DNA of 63,886 nucleotides, counting the filler, from Phoronis australis (lineage: Eukaryota; Animalia; Phoronida), in assembly GCA_002633005.1 (NCBI GenBank). It is 9 parts of 9 records of this genome, joined end to end, with 100 filler letters (N's around TTAATTAATTAA, not from the genome) between each part and the next. Parts side by side here need not be neighbours in the genome. Positions count along the whole stretch, not along the records: positions 3,187 to 31,508 come from NMRA01001086.1; 8 more parts are not named here. One strand, written 5' to 3'. Below are positions 12,398 through 25,200 of this stretch, in pieces. A program made the translations under genes and the position numbers. A model generated the notes under the pieces. The model did not search any database and was not told where the DNA came from. It was given only the letters and a program-made list of their open reading frames with translations. Positions within the stretch are counted from its first letter, which is position 1. Each line of letters begins with the position of its first letter.

Positions 12398-15300
12398 CGG
12401 TAAAGTCGCGTGATTTTCGGACGGCCCGCCATTTTCGACCAAGAATAAATATTTCCGAAATGAGTTTTTCACAGTCCACGAAATTCGTACAAGGTCCAAA
12501 AACTGTTTTTCAATTATCTTCGAACTTCGGACAATGTCATAAACGTCGGATTTTTGCCCCGCGACTTTCGGACAAGGAAAATTTTAGAAACGCTAATTTG
12601 GGATCGACGCAACTCCCGTGTCACTAAAGCGTTCAACGGATGATTACTACTCTATAAGGCTTGAATCTGAGAATTGGTGTAACGGGCTTTGTAATTTTTA
12701 CCTTGTCTTGACGATGTCATGACCGTTACTCGATTGNNNNNNNNNNNNNNNNNNNNNNNNNNNNNNNNNNNNNNNNNNNNNNNNNNNNNNNNNNNNNNNN
12801 NNNNNNNNNNNNNNNNNNNNNNNNNNNNNNNNNNNNNNNNNNNNNNNNNNNNNNNNNNNNNNNNNNNNNNNNNNNNNNNNNNNNNNNNNNNNNNNNNNNN
12901 NNNNNNNNNNNNNNNNNNNNNNNNNNNNNNNNNNNNNNNNNNNNNNNNNNNNNNNNNNNNNNNNNNNNNNNNNNNNNNNNNNNNNNNNNNNNNNNNNNNN
13001 NNNNNNNNNNNNNNNNNNNNNNNNNNNNNNNNNNNNNNNNNNNNNNNNNNNNNNNNNNNNNNNNNNNNNNNNNNNNNNNNNNNNNNNNNNNNNNNNNNNN
13101 NNNNNNNNNNNNNNNNNNNNNNNNNNNNNNNNNNNNNNNNNNNNNNNNNNNNNNNNNNNNNNNNNNNNNNNNNNNNNNNNNNNNNNNNNNNNNNNNNNNN
13201 NNNNNNNNNNNNNNNNNNNNNNNNNNNNNNNNNNNNNNNNNNNNNNNNNNNNNNNNNNNNNNNNNNNNNNNNNNNNNNNNNNNNNNNNNNNNNNNNNNNN
13301 NNNNNNNNNNNNNNNNNNNNNNNNNNNNNNNNNNNNNNNNNNNNNNNNNNNNNNNNNNNNNNNNNNNNNNNNNNNNNNNNNNNNNNNNNNNNNNNNNNNN
13401 NNNNNNNNNNNNNNNNNNNNNNNNNNNNNNNNNNNNNNNNNNNNNNNNNNNNNNNNNNNNNNNNNNNNNNNNNNNNNNNNNNNNNNNNNNNNNNNNNNNN
13501 NNNNNNNNNNNNNNNNNNNNNNNNNNNNNNNNNNNNNNNNNNNNNNNNNNNNNNNNNNNNNNNNNNNNNNNNNNNNAAAAAGATTTAACTTGCGGCGACC
13601 CAATTTTGCTTGCTCATCCACTGGTCTGTGTACTTGTGGTCTTGTTAATTCACACCCTGTACCGTCTGAGGTACAACACCCTGAACTCCATGGTGTCCCG
13701 AGATTAAGATGAATCCCGACAAGGACACCGGGACCCTGTGGCACTCTCTGTCTGCGGCGACTAAGAAAATCTTCTACCAATCATTTCGAAAAATGACAAG
13801 TCAGTTGAATCAGATTTGGTAGTCGTTGCTTCTTGTGGTCCTAGGGGTAGGCCAACAAGAATACAGGCCCTGGAGTCCGATGCAACGGGCTTGGAACCTG
13901 ACAGGTGTTTCCGACCCGGAGTTCCACATCTACTTTCCACAGGACCTTGCCTTCTTGTCCATGTTACCGCCTTCATTTGATAGTTTTGAGACAAAAAAGA
14001 AACGTGATCTTAAACTACAGACCATGCTTTTTGTATTACTTAAGATAGTTTTAGAGGCATTTCAGCTGTAAGTGTGTTTAATTGTGTTGACTGTTACATT
14101 GCTAATTATCATTGTTCTATTTTTACCCGAGGTGATGCCTTACTTGCAGCAAGGGTAAATAATTTTGGGAAGTATTACCAGCGATTTCCGTATATAAGTT
14201 GGGGAAACCAAACGTCTTACGTAAAAATACACCAGGGCTTATACTCAGCAATGCCGAATACACGAACACATTATAAATAATACTGTAACTCACCCTAATT
14301 ATATCCTAGTGGGAATAGCATTATTTTTAGATTTCAAGCATACATTTTTATTCTGATATGCATCATAGGTATATTTTAGGAAAAAATTTAAGATACGCAA
14401 ATTGGCCCTTTATATTTTCAACACGATAGGTAGCCGCAGAAAGTTCGATGTTGACCTCATTCTAATTTTCTCTGCAATCCACAGTCAGGGGACAAAAACA
14501 ATTCAAAGTCCGCTCCTCGAAATAGGGCTTGTTTTGCTGGAATTCAGAACAGCAGTCATGAGAGTGTTTTCACCTCCTGATTGCGATCGAGTTAGCTGTG
14601 GTATCTTCATCGGCGCGTGCTCTCAGCGGGAGGTCACCGCTTTATCCACTCAAGCACTCGACAACAACTGACGAGAGTCTCAGAACTCCCACATGCAAAT
14701 TGGATATGCAAATGAGGGAGTACTTGACTACTGCGCCATCTATACATGGACGGAAAAGCTTAAATACCCGTGACTGCGTGTGGGAAGTTGGGATTGCGTG
14801 CGCTGAAGTCGATATTTTCAAAGTACAATTACACCACTGTTTAAGGTTGCAAAGTGAGTTTTTTGATATCCTTCTATAGAAAAAGCTTTAATCTTTCTGA
14901 TGAAACCATCTGTTTCCTTTTAAACGAAACTTAAGTCCTGAAATTAGTCCAGGGAAGGAGGCCAAAAACGGCGGTTTAGCTAGTTGTCCCNGCAGTAGGC
15001 CTAAACATGTAGAACGACAGTGCTTCTTCAACAATTCAGACGACTACCAGGACGACAAATGGGGATCACGAGTCGATGAGAAACTACTCGTTTTATTATC
15101 ATGATTGTCTTTGTTATCTATTTTGGCTAATTGTTCAATCAAAGTTTTTATGTTGAAACTGAGCTTTCAGATAATATGGAAATAAACGTGTCAGAGTTAA
15201 CTTGCGTTTTGGTTTGTAACCAGCAGACAATGCATGGATACGTTTAACAAACATAAATGTATGCTATGTTCTTGTCATTGTTCGTCACTTTCTTCACTGA

Positions 15301-16029
15301 ACTCGTTCCCACATCCATTACTGTTACGTTTAATGCAAAATTCGTTAAAATTGAGAAAGCGCATGTTTTGATGGTCGGGAACCCCCTTTGTGCGCCGAAT
15401 ACGCAAGTCCAGCTTTTTATAGGGAAAGCATGCGTCGACAGTGCAAACTCGACATTTTTTATTGAGAAAACGCATTTTTACAAAAGAGAATCGGTTGTCT
15501 GTAACGTTTCATGTGCGTCAACTACGCAAACCAGACCCACTCATTTAAAAGCCCATATTTGTCACCAGGAAGACTTCACAACGCAGCCCGACCGATATTT
15601 CAAGTGAGATGGCGCAGTTTTGATTCCGTCACTTGCCGAGAATGGTTTTTGAGCATCGGCAATGCAAGTCGAGTATTTCATATTGAGAAAGCACATCTTT
15701 GAAAAGAAGAACCAACACTTGTTGGGAACGGTGTTTGTGCGTCGACGGCGCACATTTCTTATTGGGAAAGCCAGTTAATCGCTCAGACCATTTGAGTCTC
15801 ATTTACTTGCAATGATACTGCTAACAAATGACCGAGCCAGCAATGTTGATACTGCGACTGCTCATCGAAATAATGTACACCCACGAAATTCGTACACTAG
15901 CGGAAACCCAAATTTGGAGGTCCGCCAAATTCGGACACCACAGAAATGATGTTTCGCGAGATTCGTCCAAGAATGAATTTTTTCTATTGGAATTAATTTT
16001 CAGTATCCGAAAATCACGCGACTTTACCG
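12398..16029. mobile_element. Tc1/mariner-superfamily-like DNA element, no transposase seen (contains gap 12737-13576)
   Basis: Perfect 24-bp TIR CGGTAAAGTCGCGTGATTTTCGGA (12398-12421 and 16006-16029) with TA on both flanks. Confidence 0.8.
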
Positions 16030-16843
16030 TAAACTTGAAAAATGGCAACTTTTGCAATTGTTTTTGTTCTAAATTGTGGAATCTGCTGATATAACAAGGA
16101 GAACCCAAAACTACGGCATCTGCATTTTTGCACATCCAAACTTATTTAACAAGAACAATATTTTACCACCCTTTAGGCTATTGAATCACGTGGTCATTCA
16201 AATGGTACTTTGCTATTTTTACTTTCTAATCATTCGTAAATAAATTATATAACAAACAAAAGTGTAGGCATTATACATGTGTGCATCTTAATTCGTTGTA
16301 CACTAGCAAATTTCAATTCATTTACGATAAAATTTGTTTCGTTAGTTTATACCTTAAACGTTTTTCACATTCCCGTCAATAGGACAAAATCATCATGTGG
16401 TGAATCGAAGCTGTGGTTGTGAAATTTAGCATATTTTTGAGAAAGTCAATTTTCTGTTTGAGATAAGATACCTGTAGCTTGAAAACTAATTCGGGGACCC
16501 TACTTTTTTTGCTCATGTCATTGCACATACACAGGAAATTAATGAAAAATTTTTTAAAAATTAAATTTTTCGATTAAAATTTTGCATAGAAGCCAAAATG
16601 CTCAATTCTGAAGTACCCAAAATCGTGGAAAAATGTGCTCTAACACTGATGTAAGAAAACCATTTAACCGGGAAATATTATTGAAGCCGTCGCAATATAA
16701 AATTGACATCCTGCAATGAAACGATACCATTTTCAAGAGGATTGCAAGCACTAATTTGATTAGAGATGAATTCTCACATTGTGCCCAAGGTACCCCTGTT
16801 CACTCACATGGGGGAAAAACTAATGGGTGGCCTCCACTTTTTC

Positions 16844-18329
16844 TTATGCGCCCACATATTTATATGTGGACGTCATCTCCGTCCGTCCTGGCGGCGTCCG
16901 TCTGGCGTCCGCTGTTTTATCTCCAAAACCCTTTGACATACGTTCATGAAATTTGGCACATATGTTCCATTCATGAATGGGACGGCATGTGCGAACTTTC
17001 GGACGGATCCGACTACTAGTGTGCCCCCTAATGGCAATTTTAGTTTTTTACGCTTACCTTTGTATCTTCAAAAGTCCTGAACGGATTTTCATGAAATTTG
17101 GTATGTTGACACCTATTAGTGAGATGACGCTATCCTCCCGTTTTCAGATGGATTCGATATTGTTTGCGCCACCTAGTGGCCATTTTTACTGTTTTTGAGT
17201 CTGTATTTTTGCGTCCACCCCTCTATCAACCAAACCGCTCAAAGAATGATTGTGAAAATTGGCATGTATGTGCTTACTATAAAGAGGACAGCTGGCAATG
17301 ATTTTCAGACGATTTGGACTACTGTGGCGCCTCCTAGTGGCAGTTTTGTTTTTTTGCGCCTATGGCTGTATCTCCTAAACCATTTGCAGGATCTTTACGA
17401 AATTTAATAAGTGTATTGATATGATGTTAACAACAGACGATGACGACTTTTGGACGGATCCGCCTACCAGTGTGCCCCCTAGTGGCAATTTTATTTTTTT
17501 ACGTTTACCTCTGTATCTTCACAAGTCCTTAACGGATTTTCATGAAATTTGGTATGTAGGCACCTATTAGTGCGATGACGCTATCCTCCCGTTTTCGGAT
17601 GGATTCGACCTAGTTTGCGACACCCAGTGGCCATTTTTACTGTTTTTGAGTCTGTTTTTTGGCGTCCACCCCTCTATCAACCAAACCGCTCTAAGTATGA
17701 TTGTGAAAATTGGCATGTATGTTCTTACTATGAAGAGGACGATTGACGCTGAATTTCCCATGACTTTGATTACTGTGGCGCCTCCTAGTGGCAGTTTTTT
17801 TTTGCGCCCGTGGCTGTATCTCCCAAACCGTTTGCAGGATCTTTACTAAATTTAGCAAGTGTATTTATGTGATGTTGACAATGGACGATGACGAGTTTAG
17901 GATGATTCTGACTACCGGTATGCCTCTAGTGGCAATTTAAGTATTTTACATTGACCTCTGTATTTTCATAGGTCTTCAGGTGTATACTTTGTGTTACTTC
18001 GTGACCATGAAGGAAAAGTTCCAAGTAGAAATTTGTTTCTGGCATTCTAATGCTGTGCTAATCTCGTATGTTGGTAAATTTGTTTTTAATTCTATGTTTC
18101 TGTGGTGCTTTAAGCAACTGATGTATAGGATGTGCTTGTATTATGAAGATCGCTCACATTTTGCCCCTAGCCTATTGAGGAGACAATGACCATGCCTTTC
18201 CATTTTGCAAAGTACAACATACATATATGCCCTCTACTGGCCACTTTATGGTACCAATAAACAACCCTAGAAGGATACCGTATACGGTGCAATTGTGGGC
18301 GCATTTCAACGATCTGCGTTGCTCTTGTT
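16844..18329 (+). mobile_element. Complete non-autonomous Helentron-type element (HINE)
   Basis: 5' subTIR/stem-loop ttatgcgcccacatatttatatgtggacg, a GTCC-type microsatellite, and a 451-bp higher-order tandem repeat. Ends in 3' subTIR tgtgggcgcat plus hairpin. T-rich insertion site with no TSD. Confidence 0.85.
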
Positions 18330-19539
18330 ACAGATTTGTAGTACAAAATTTAAAATTAGCGCGTGTGTGAACAACAACATGTTGATCAGCCTTTCAGTTC
18401 ATTCTCTATAAACCATTCTCAAAATAAAAATTCACATTATTCAATCAGGTGACATAGGTGGAGAATAGACTCTACAGGTACACCTCAAACTGCATTGTGA
18501 GGGGAAAGGCTAGAAATCATAACAGTTGGAGCTCAAATGAATCAATGTTTTAATTGAGATAGTGCTCAGCATGATTCAACATCATATACACAGCTCCTTT
18601 AAGAGGAGACTGAGGGCAGCATTATTCTTGTCTAACACCTGAACACCAGAGAAATCTATAGTGCCACTAGTTGGCAATGAATGGTTAAGAACAGCACTGT
18701 TTGTGTCTTTACAGTGAGTCTTTGTTCACATCTGCACTAATTTTAAAGTTTGTACTCATATTTTGTCCAAAAACAAATGTGATTAGATTTGTAGCAGACT
18801 AAAACCAAAATACAAATTATAAAAACTTACAAAAAATCTATCAAAAATCAAAACTGCCGAGCCCCGTTATGTAAGTTACCTTACATAAAACCTTGGTTTA
18901 GATCGACCTCCTTTTTGGACTTTGGAAAAATACGACAGTTGCCACTGACACCTGTTTATATCTGCTCCTCTGAGTTTCCAGCTTTTGAAGAAATGCAAAA
19001 TTGCCAAAATTTGTATAAAGTTGTCAAAGCAGGCCAAGTTGGAAGCGATCATGAAAGAATGTTATTTTTATTTTTCTGCTAAAAATCGGTAAACCAAGTA
19101 ATAAAAAATGCTCGACCCCATGACCCCCTCGTCCCACGCCCTGAGGCAATAAAGGTGTTTTTTTGCAATTTTACATCTTGCATATTCTATTAAGTCGCCC
19201 ACTTTCCCATGAGACATACTTAAATGCCGTGTTTGCGGAAACACGGAAATGTGAGTCCGAGTGTACTAGATACTGTGTGTGCACTTAAATTACACAGTGT
19301 ACCAATTCCACTCATCTGATTTTTGAATTTTAATTTGTATTCACTTGACAACTGTCCAAAGGTTGTACATGAACAATATTTAAGCATACGCTGATTGTGC
19401 AAATATAATTATGATTATTAGGGATGCTCAAAATAAGTTTCTGCAATTTTTATAATAAAAATACTCTACAAATGGTTGATTTCAGAGGGGTTTGCAGATG
19501 TCTAATAGTCTAAAATCAAAAATGCCATGGAATTAAAAA

Positions 19540-22500
19540 AATTGTGAGATCCACAAAACCATTGTTAGCGTAACCCTTCTGCATACGGAACCATTCTTCA
19601 AAAGTCACATTGATCAACTAATTATTGTTATACTTTCAAGTGCTATTGAGAATGGAATGCACCTTATTGGGCAGAATGGTTCCGCACGCAGAATGGTGTC
19701 GCATGCCGAATGGTTCCGTAACTGTCCCGTTTATGAATTATTGTTAGAGTAGAAATGCTGATACATTTATGTTTTATGTTTGTTGCACATTAAGATTTGA
19801 ATATTCCGTGGCTTGTGTTGACGTTCTACCAAACGCGGTAAAATGGCATAGACAGGATGTCAATTTTTTCTGAGTCTGCTAGAACTAGGTTTCTACATCA
19901 CAAATCATTCAGCAAGTTCCCCACTGATAATCATTGTTCATGTTGACACAATGATGTGTTACAGAGAATAGAATGTATTTCAACTTTAATACACAAGAAG
20001 AAAATTAAACAAATTGTGAGCTCCTCAAACGATTGTTTGCGGAACCATTCTGCAACAATCACATTGATCAACTAATTTTTGTTAGGATTGTCACATTGAT
20101 ACTTTCAAGTGGTATTAAGAATAGAATGCATTTTAAATTTATTTGAAGAAAACAAATACAACACAAAACCATTCTGTTTGGGAAATCGTTCCCCAAGCGG
20201 AACGGTTCCACATGCAGAACGGTTCCACACGCATACTTGTTGCATGTTAACGATTGAATATTCCGTATCTTGTATTAACATTCTACCAAATGCAGTAAAA
20301 TGGCATAGACAAGATATCAATTTTTCCATTCATCAAGTTCCTCACTGATTAATTATTGCTCATGATGACACATTGATATTTTCACGTTTTATTGAGAATA
20401 GAATATATTTCAACCTTAATGTGCAAGAAGAAGTTTAAAACCTGTAAGCTCCACAAAACTGTTGTTTGCGGAACGGTTCCTCAACTGTCACTTTTATTAA
20501 TACATTATTGTTAGGGTAGAAGTTCTGATACTTTTATGTTTAATGCTTGTTGCACGTTAAGATTCGAATATTTCGTGGCTTGTGTTAAAGTCCTTCTCTC
20601 ACGCGTTGTTAACCCTTATTACATTATTATTATGGTTAGAGGATGTTATAAGGATCCAAGAAGTACCTACCCCATTACTAATACACGATCCGTTCTCGAA
20701 AAAAGTTTAAATGAACGCGCCACTCATGATTCGCACCCGAAGAACCACCGCCATTTTGAACTTGCCGCGAACCCGGAAGTACAATTCATTCAGGAACCCA
20801 GGCCGAGAAAACGCCGTCAGTGCGACTGGAGCAGTGCCTGTACTGTTACCAACGGGGATAAAATAATCGACAGCGTGCCTTAATTTTAATAAAATCAAAC
20901 TACGGACAATTTTATCGAATTTGCTGAAGAAATGTGGCGAATAAATTTTGACAGAAATTATTTTGCCAGACTCGGGACCGCAGCCTATCGGACCCGGTGC
21001 GGATCGAGACCAGACACTGGCGAACGGTAAATGCATGCGGTTGCAAGCTGTTTTGTCGAAGTAAAATGGTCAAATCATAAATGCTGCATATATTCAAGGG
21101 TAGTTTCAGACACTTGCATGAAATTACGGGCTGGTTAGTCCTNNNNNNNNNNNNNNNNNNNNNNNNNNNNNNNNNNNNNNNNNNNNNNNNNNNNNNNNNN
21201 NNNNNNNNNNNNNNNNNNNNNNNNNNNNNNNNNNNNNNNNNNNNNNNNNNNNNNNNNNNNNNNNNNNNNNNNNNNNNNNNNNNNNNNNNNNNNNNNNNNN
21301 NNNNNNNNNNNNNNNNNNNNNNNNNNNNNNNNNNNNNNNNNNNNNNNNNNNNNNNNNNNNNNNNNNNNNNNNNNNNNNNNNNNNNNNNNNNNNNNNNNNN
21401 NNNNNNNNNNNNNNNNNNNNNNNNNNNNNNNNNNNNNNNNNNNNNNNNNNNNNNNNNNNNNNNNNNNNNNNNNNNNNNNNNNNNNNNNNNNNNNNNNNNN
21501 NNNNNNNNNNNNNNNNNNNNNNNNNNNNNNNNNNNNNNNNNNNNNNNNNNNNNNNNNNNNNNNNNNNNNNNNNNNNNNNNNNNNNNNNNNNNNNNNNNNN
21601 NNNNNNNNNNNNNNNNNNNNNNNNNNNNNNNNNNNNNNNNNNNNNNNNNNNNNNNNNNNNNNNNNNNNNNNNNNNNNNNNNNNNNNNNNNNNNNNNNNNN
21701 NNNNNNNNNNNNNNNNNNNNNNNNNNNNNNNNNNNNNNNNNNNNNNNNNNNNNNNNNNNNNNNNNNNNNNNNNNNNNNNNNNNNNNNNNNNNNNNNNNNN
21801 NNNNNNNNNNNNNNNNNNNNNNNNNNNNNNNNNNNNNNNNNNNNNNNNNNNNNNNNNNNNNNNNNNNNNNNNNNNNNNNNNNNNNNNNNNNNNNNNNNNN
21901 NNNNNNNNNNNNNNNNNNNNNNNNNNNNNNNNNNNNNNNNNNNNNNNNNNNNNNNNNNNNNNNNNNNNNNNNNNNNNNNNNNNNNNNNNNNNNNNNNNNN
22001 NNNNNNNNNNNNNNNNNNNNNNNNNNNNNNNNNNNNNNTTGTCGGTGCCACCAGAAATGAGACGAAGTCCAACGGGAATTGTGAGCACATTTATCACTTA
22101 ATGAGTAACAACTGCGAGGCTGAAATTTGGTGAACACTGTTAAATCGTGCAGAATAGTAAGTAAAGATATGTCTAACTAAATTTCACCGTAATTTCTTGG
22201 TGAAAACAATTTACACAGTTTTAAAGTCGTAATTTATCCCGCTGTCCTCCAATATGGCCGGCGCGATCCAAACAAAGTGACCCAAATTTCGCCACAAAAC
22301 TTGCAATAACTTTACACTGCTTGCCCCGATTTTGATACTTTTTCGATTTTTACTGAGTAGAATGCACTACCTTTCCGATGATCGCAAAGTGCTTTTCAAA
22401 ACGAGAAAAAAATAAAACCAAAAAAAAATAGGTTCGACCCATATTGGTTCCTAGGTTCGACCGGCCTACGTAAGGAACTAAACACCAATGCTATTTTAAC

Positions 22501-24049
22501 AAACTAAGTACGCGTAACATTCCAAAAAACATCAACGACCATTATCTATATACTATAAATACACTACATATGCAAACGAATGACACGAGATATTACTAAC
22601 AAAACAAAATAATGAAGACTTTTCGAGCATGCGATAGCGCATTCAGTTACAAGGAAAAAATGGCGGCTTTCAGGACAAGTTCCTGAACTGATGAGCCGGA
22701 AATGTGGGTACGGAAATAACCGATGACAACCAGTAATCATATGCTCAGAGAGAAGGGTCAAATACTGTTCAAAAATTGTTTTTGGCAAGAAAGGCGAAAA
22801 GAATATAAAGAAAGGGTGTCGAAAATAAGATTTTATGTTGTAAGTATTTTCGGATACTGGACCACATGGGCAGTTTGAGAGAAGGACTCTAAGGTTCTAC
22901 AAAAAGCGGTAAAATGACATAGACAAGATGTTAGTTTTTCCCGAGTCTGCTTGAGGTAAGTTTCTGCATCACAAACCATTCAGCAAGTTCCCCACTGATT
23001 AAACATTGTTCATGTTGACACATTGATATTTTCATATGCTATTGAGAATAGAATATATTTCAACTGAAATGCGCAAGAAAATTTTTTAAAAATTGTGAGG
23101 TCCATAAAACTTGTTTGTGGAACGGTTCCCCATTGCGGAACGGTTCAGCAACTGTCGCATTGATCAACTAATTACTGTTGGGATTGTCACATCGATACTT
23201 TCAAGTGGCATTGATAATGGAATGCATTTTAGGTTGATTGGTGAAATCAAATACCCAGCAAAACCATTCTGTTTGGGTAATCGCTCCCCATGCAGAACGG
23301 TTCCCGCATGCGGAACCGTTCCGCAACTGTCACATTGATCAACTAATTACTGTTAGGATTGTCACTTCGATACTTTCAAGTGGCATTGACAATGGAATGC
23401 CTTTTAAGTTGATTGGTGAAATCAAATACCCAGCAAAACCATTATGTTTGGGAAATCGCTCCCCATGCGGAATGGTTCCGCATGCAGAACGGTTCCGCAT
23501 GCGTACCGATTCCACAAACTATTCTGTTTGCAGAACCATTCCGCATGTGGAACCATTCTGCAACCGTCACATTGATTAATTATTGAGAGTGGGCACATTA
23601 TACTCTCAAGTGCTATTGAGAATGGAATGTAATTCATGTTTATTGGGCCGGGAGAAAATTAAAAATTTTAGTCCTGTGCTAAACTTTTCTGTTTGTGGAA
23701 CCCTTCTGGAACTTTCACATTGATTTTTAAAAATAAATTATTATTTTGATTATTATTCCACAAAATAAACATAATATTTCGCTAGTCACAGTATTCCAGA
23801 AAACTTGCGCAGTATTCTGCAAGTGCGCAATATTCCGCAAAATCTGCGTAGTATTCCGCAAAATCTGCGTAATATTCCGCAAAGTCTGCGGAATATTATG
23901 CAAATCTGGGGAATATTCCGCATGGCAAAAATTGAACTTCTAATTAAGAAAATGCTAATTAAGGAAATAAAAATGTAACATTGTAAACATGTTTAGGGTA
24001 AGGTTTGGATTTGTTTCATACCATTTTTTATGGCTCCAAGTGGATATAA
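19540..24049 (-). repeat. Inverted copy 2 of the 8741-10528 repeat, split by a nested insertion
   Basis: 19540-20588 and 22889-24049 are reverse-complement matches to 8741-10528. The ORF track shows the same peptide at 9091 (+) and 23637 (-). Confidence 0.85.
20589..22888. mobile_element. Nested TIR element with TTAA-type target duplication (Kolobok-like; contains gap 21143-22038)
   Basis: 13-bp TIR AGTCCTTCTCTCA / TGAGAGAAGGACT with flanks TTAA and CTAA. Removing it restores tgtgTTAAggttc, as in the uninterrupted copy near 9680. Confidence 0.75.
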
Positions 24050-24484
24050 AAAAGTGTAGAACCGTTCCACACACTTTGAGACTAAATAAGATAGTCTCAT
24101 TTGAGAAAAAATCGCCTTATGTACATTTAAAAGCAACATTTTGAGAAGGCTCGATAAACGATTAACCTGAATGCTTGTTTTTTCATCTAAATGCGTAATA
24201 TACTGTTTTTCGTTATACTGTTTTAGTACGCCTGAGTCAAAAGAACATTAGCATGTATCCTTCAGTAGAAATTGGGCAGTTTCCTAGCAGAGTTGTCTCT
24301 CAAACTGGCCATTTCTTAACCAAAGTTTAGCTGTTGCACACAGTTTGGGAGTGAAAATTCTCAAGAGATGGGCATTTGCAAAAATATAGGAAGTCTTGAT
24401 GTTCTGAAATGGAGGAGAGTGTTTGGCGAAACGCGGTCATTGCCTGGATGATTACAGTATCGACAACTAAAGTTATTATTACAG

Positions 24485-24778
24485 ATTTGGCTGCTGCCAC
24501 TGAGCTAGGTGTCGCAAAGAGGAATGCCACTAGTTTGTCAGTGACATGGACTCATGCCATTGGAAGTAAAGAGAATTATGTGTTGGTGTGTACAGCGTCT
24601 CCAGATAAGGAACACGAAACACCACTGAGCGGAACTATGCAAGTTGATGGAAATATCAATTATACAACATGTGCATCTCTGTCCCCAGGGTCTAGTTACA
24701 TTGTTTCAGTAACTACATTGAAGTTGGGATGGAGCAACGTAACTAGCAGCAGTCTACGGAATAACAATACTAAAACAA
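24485..24778 (+). CDS. FN3 domain exon 2 of the same receptor-like gene
   Basis: attacag|AT TTG GCT ... ACA A|gtacgt; 294 bp, phase 1-1. Protein includes TSLSVTW...YVLVC...CASLSPGSSYIVSV. Confidence 0.88.
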
Positions 24779-24840
24779 GTACGTTTTCTTTGTCATCATT
24801 CACTATGTCCTATGACTTTGTTCTAAAACAACAGCCTCTT

Positions 24841-25200
24841 GCCTATTTACATGGGCAAGAAGTTACGTTCGGTCATTTCTTCAGCCATCTTCAGGTGTTA
24901 CAGCATTCTTAGAAGAACGAGCATGAGTGTATGGTACACTCGTGGGTGTATGGTACACTCGAGGGTGTATGGTACATTCATCAGTGTATGGTACACTCAT
25001 GGACGTCAATGCTGAGCACTTTTTTCTCTTTTATCTTGGCGGAAGCTGGGGTTCTTTCATCAATCCCAGCTTCTGCCAAGAAAAATGTGATCGTCATTGA
25101 CCACCATGAATGTACCATACTCTGATGCTTGTTCTTCTAATAACACATGAGGATGGCTGAAGAAATGGCCAACCATAACTTTTTGACAATGTTTATAGGC
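24841..25200. mobile_element. Palindromic (hairpin) MITE
   Basis: The left arm gcctat...aagttacgttcggtcatttcttcagccatc matches the reverse complement of gatggctgaagaaatggccaaccataactt...ataggc. Central hairpin at about 25034-25081. Confidence 0.75.

Noticed and set aside
12698-13780. Long ORFs of 200-390 aa (also 20912-22137 and 37255-37980)
   Set aside because: They are composed of N-gap X residues.
16756-17849. Repeated 'VAPPSG' peptides in the ORF track
   Set aside because: These are translations of the Helentron subrepeat DNA motif GCGCCWCCTAGTGGC, and frames are broken between copies.
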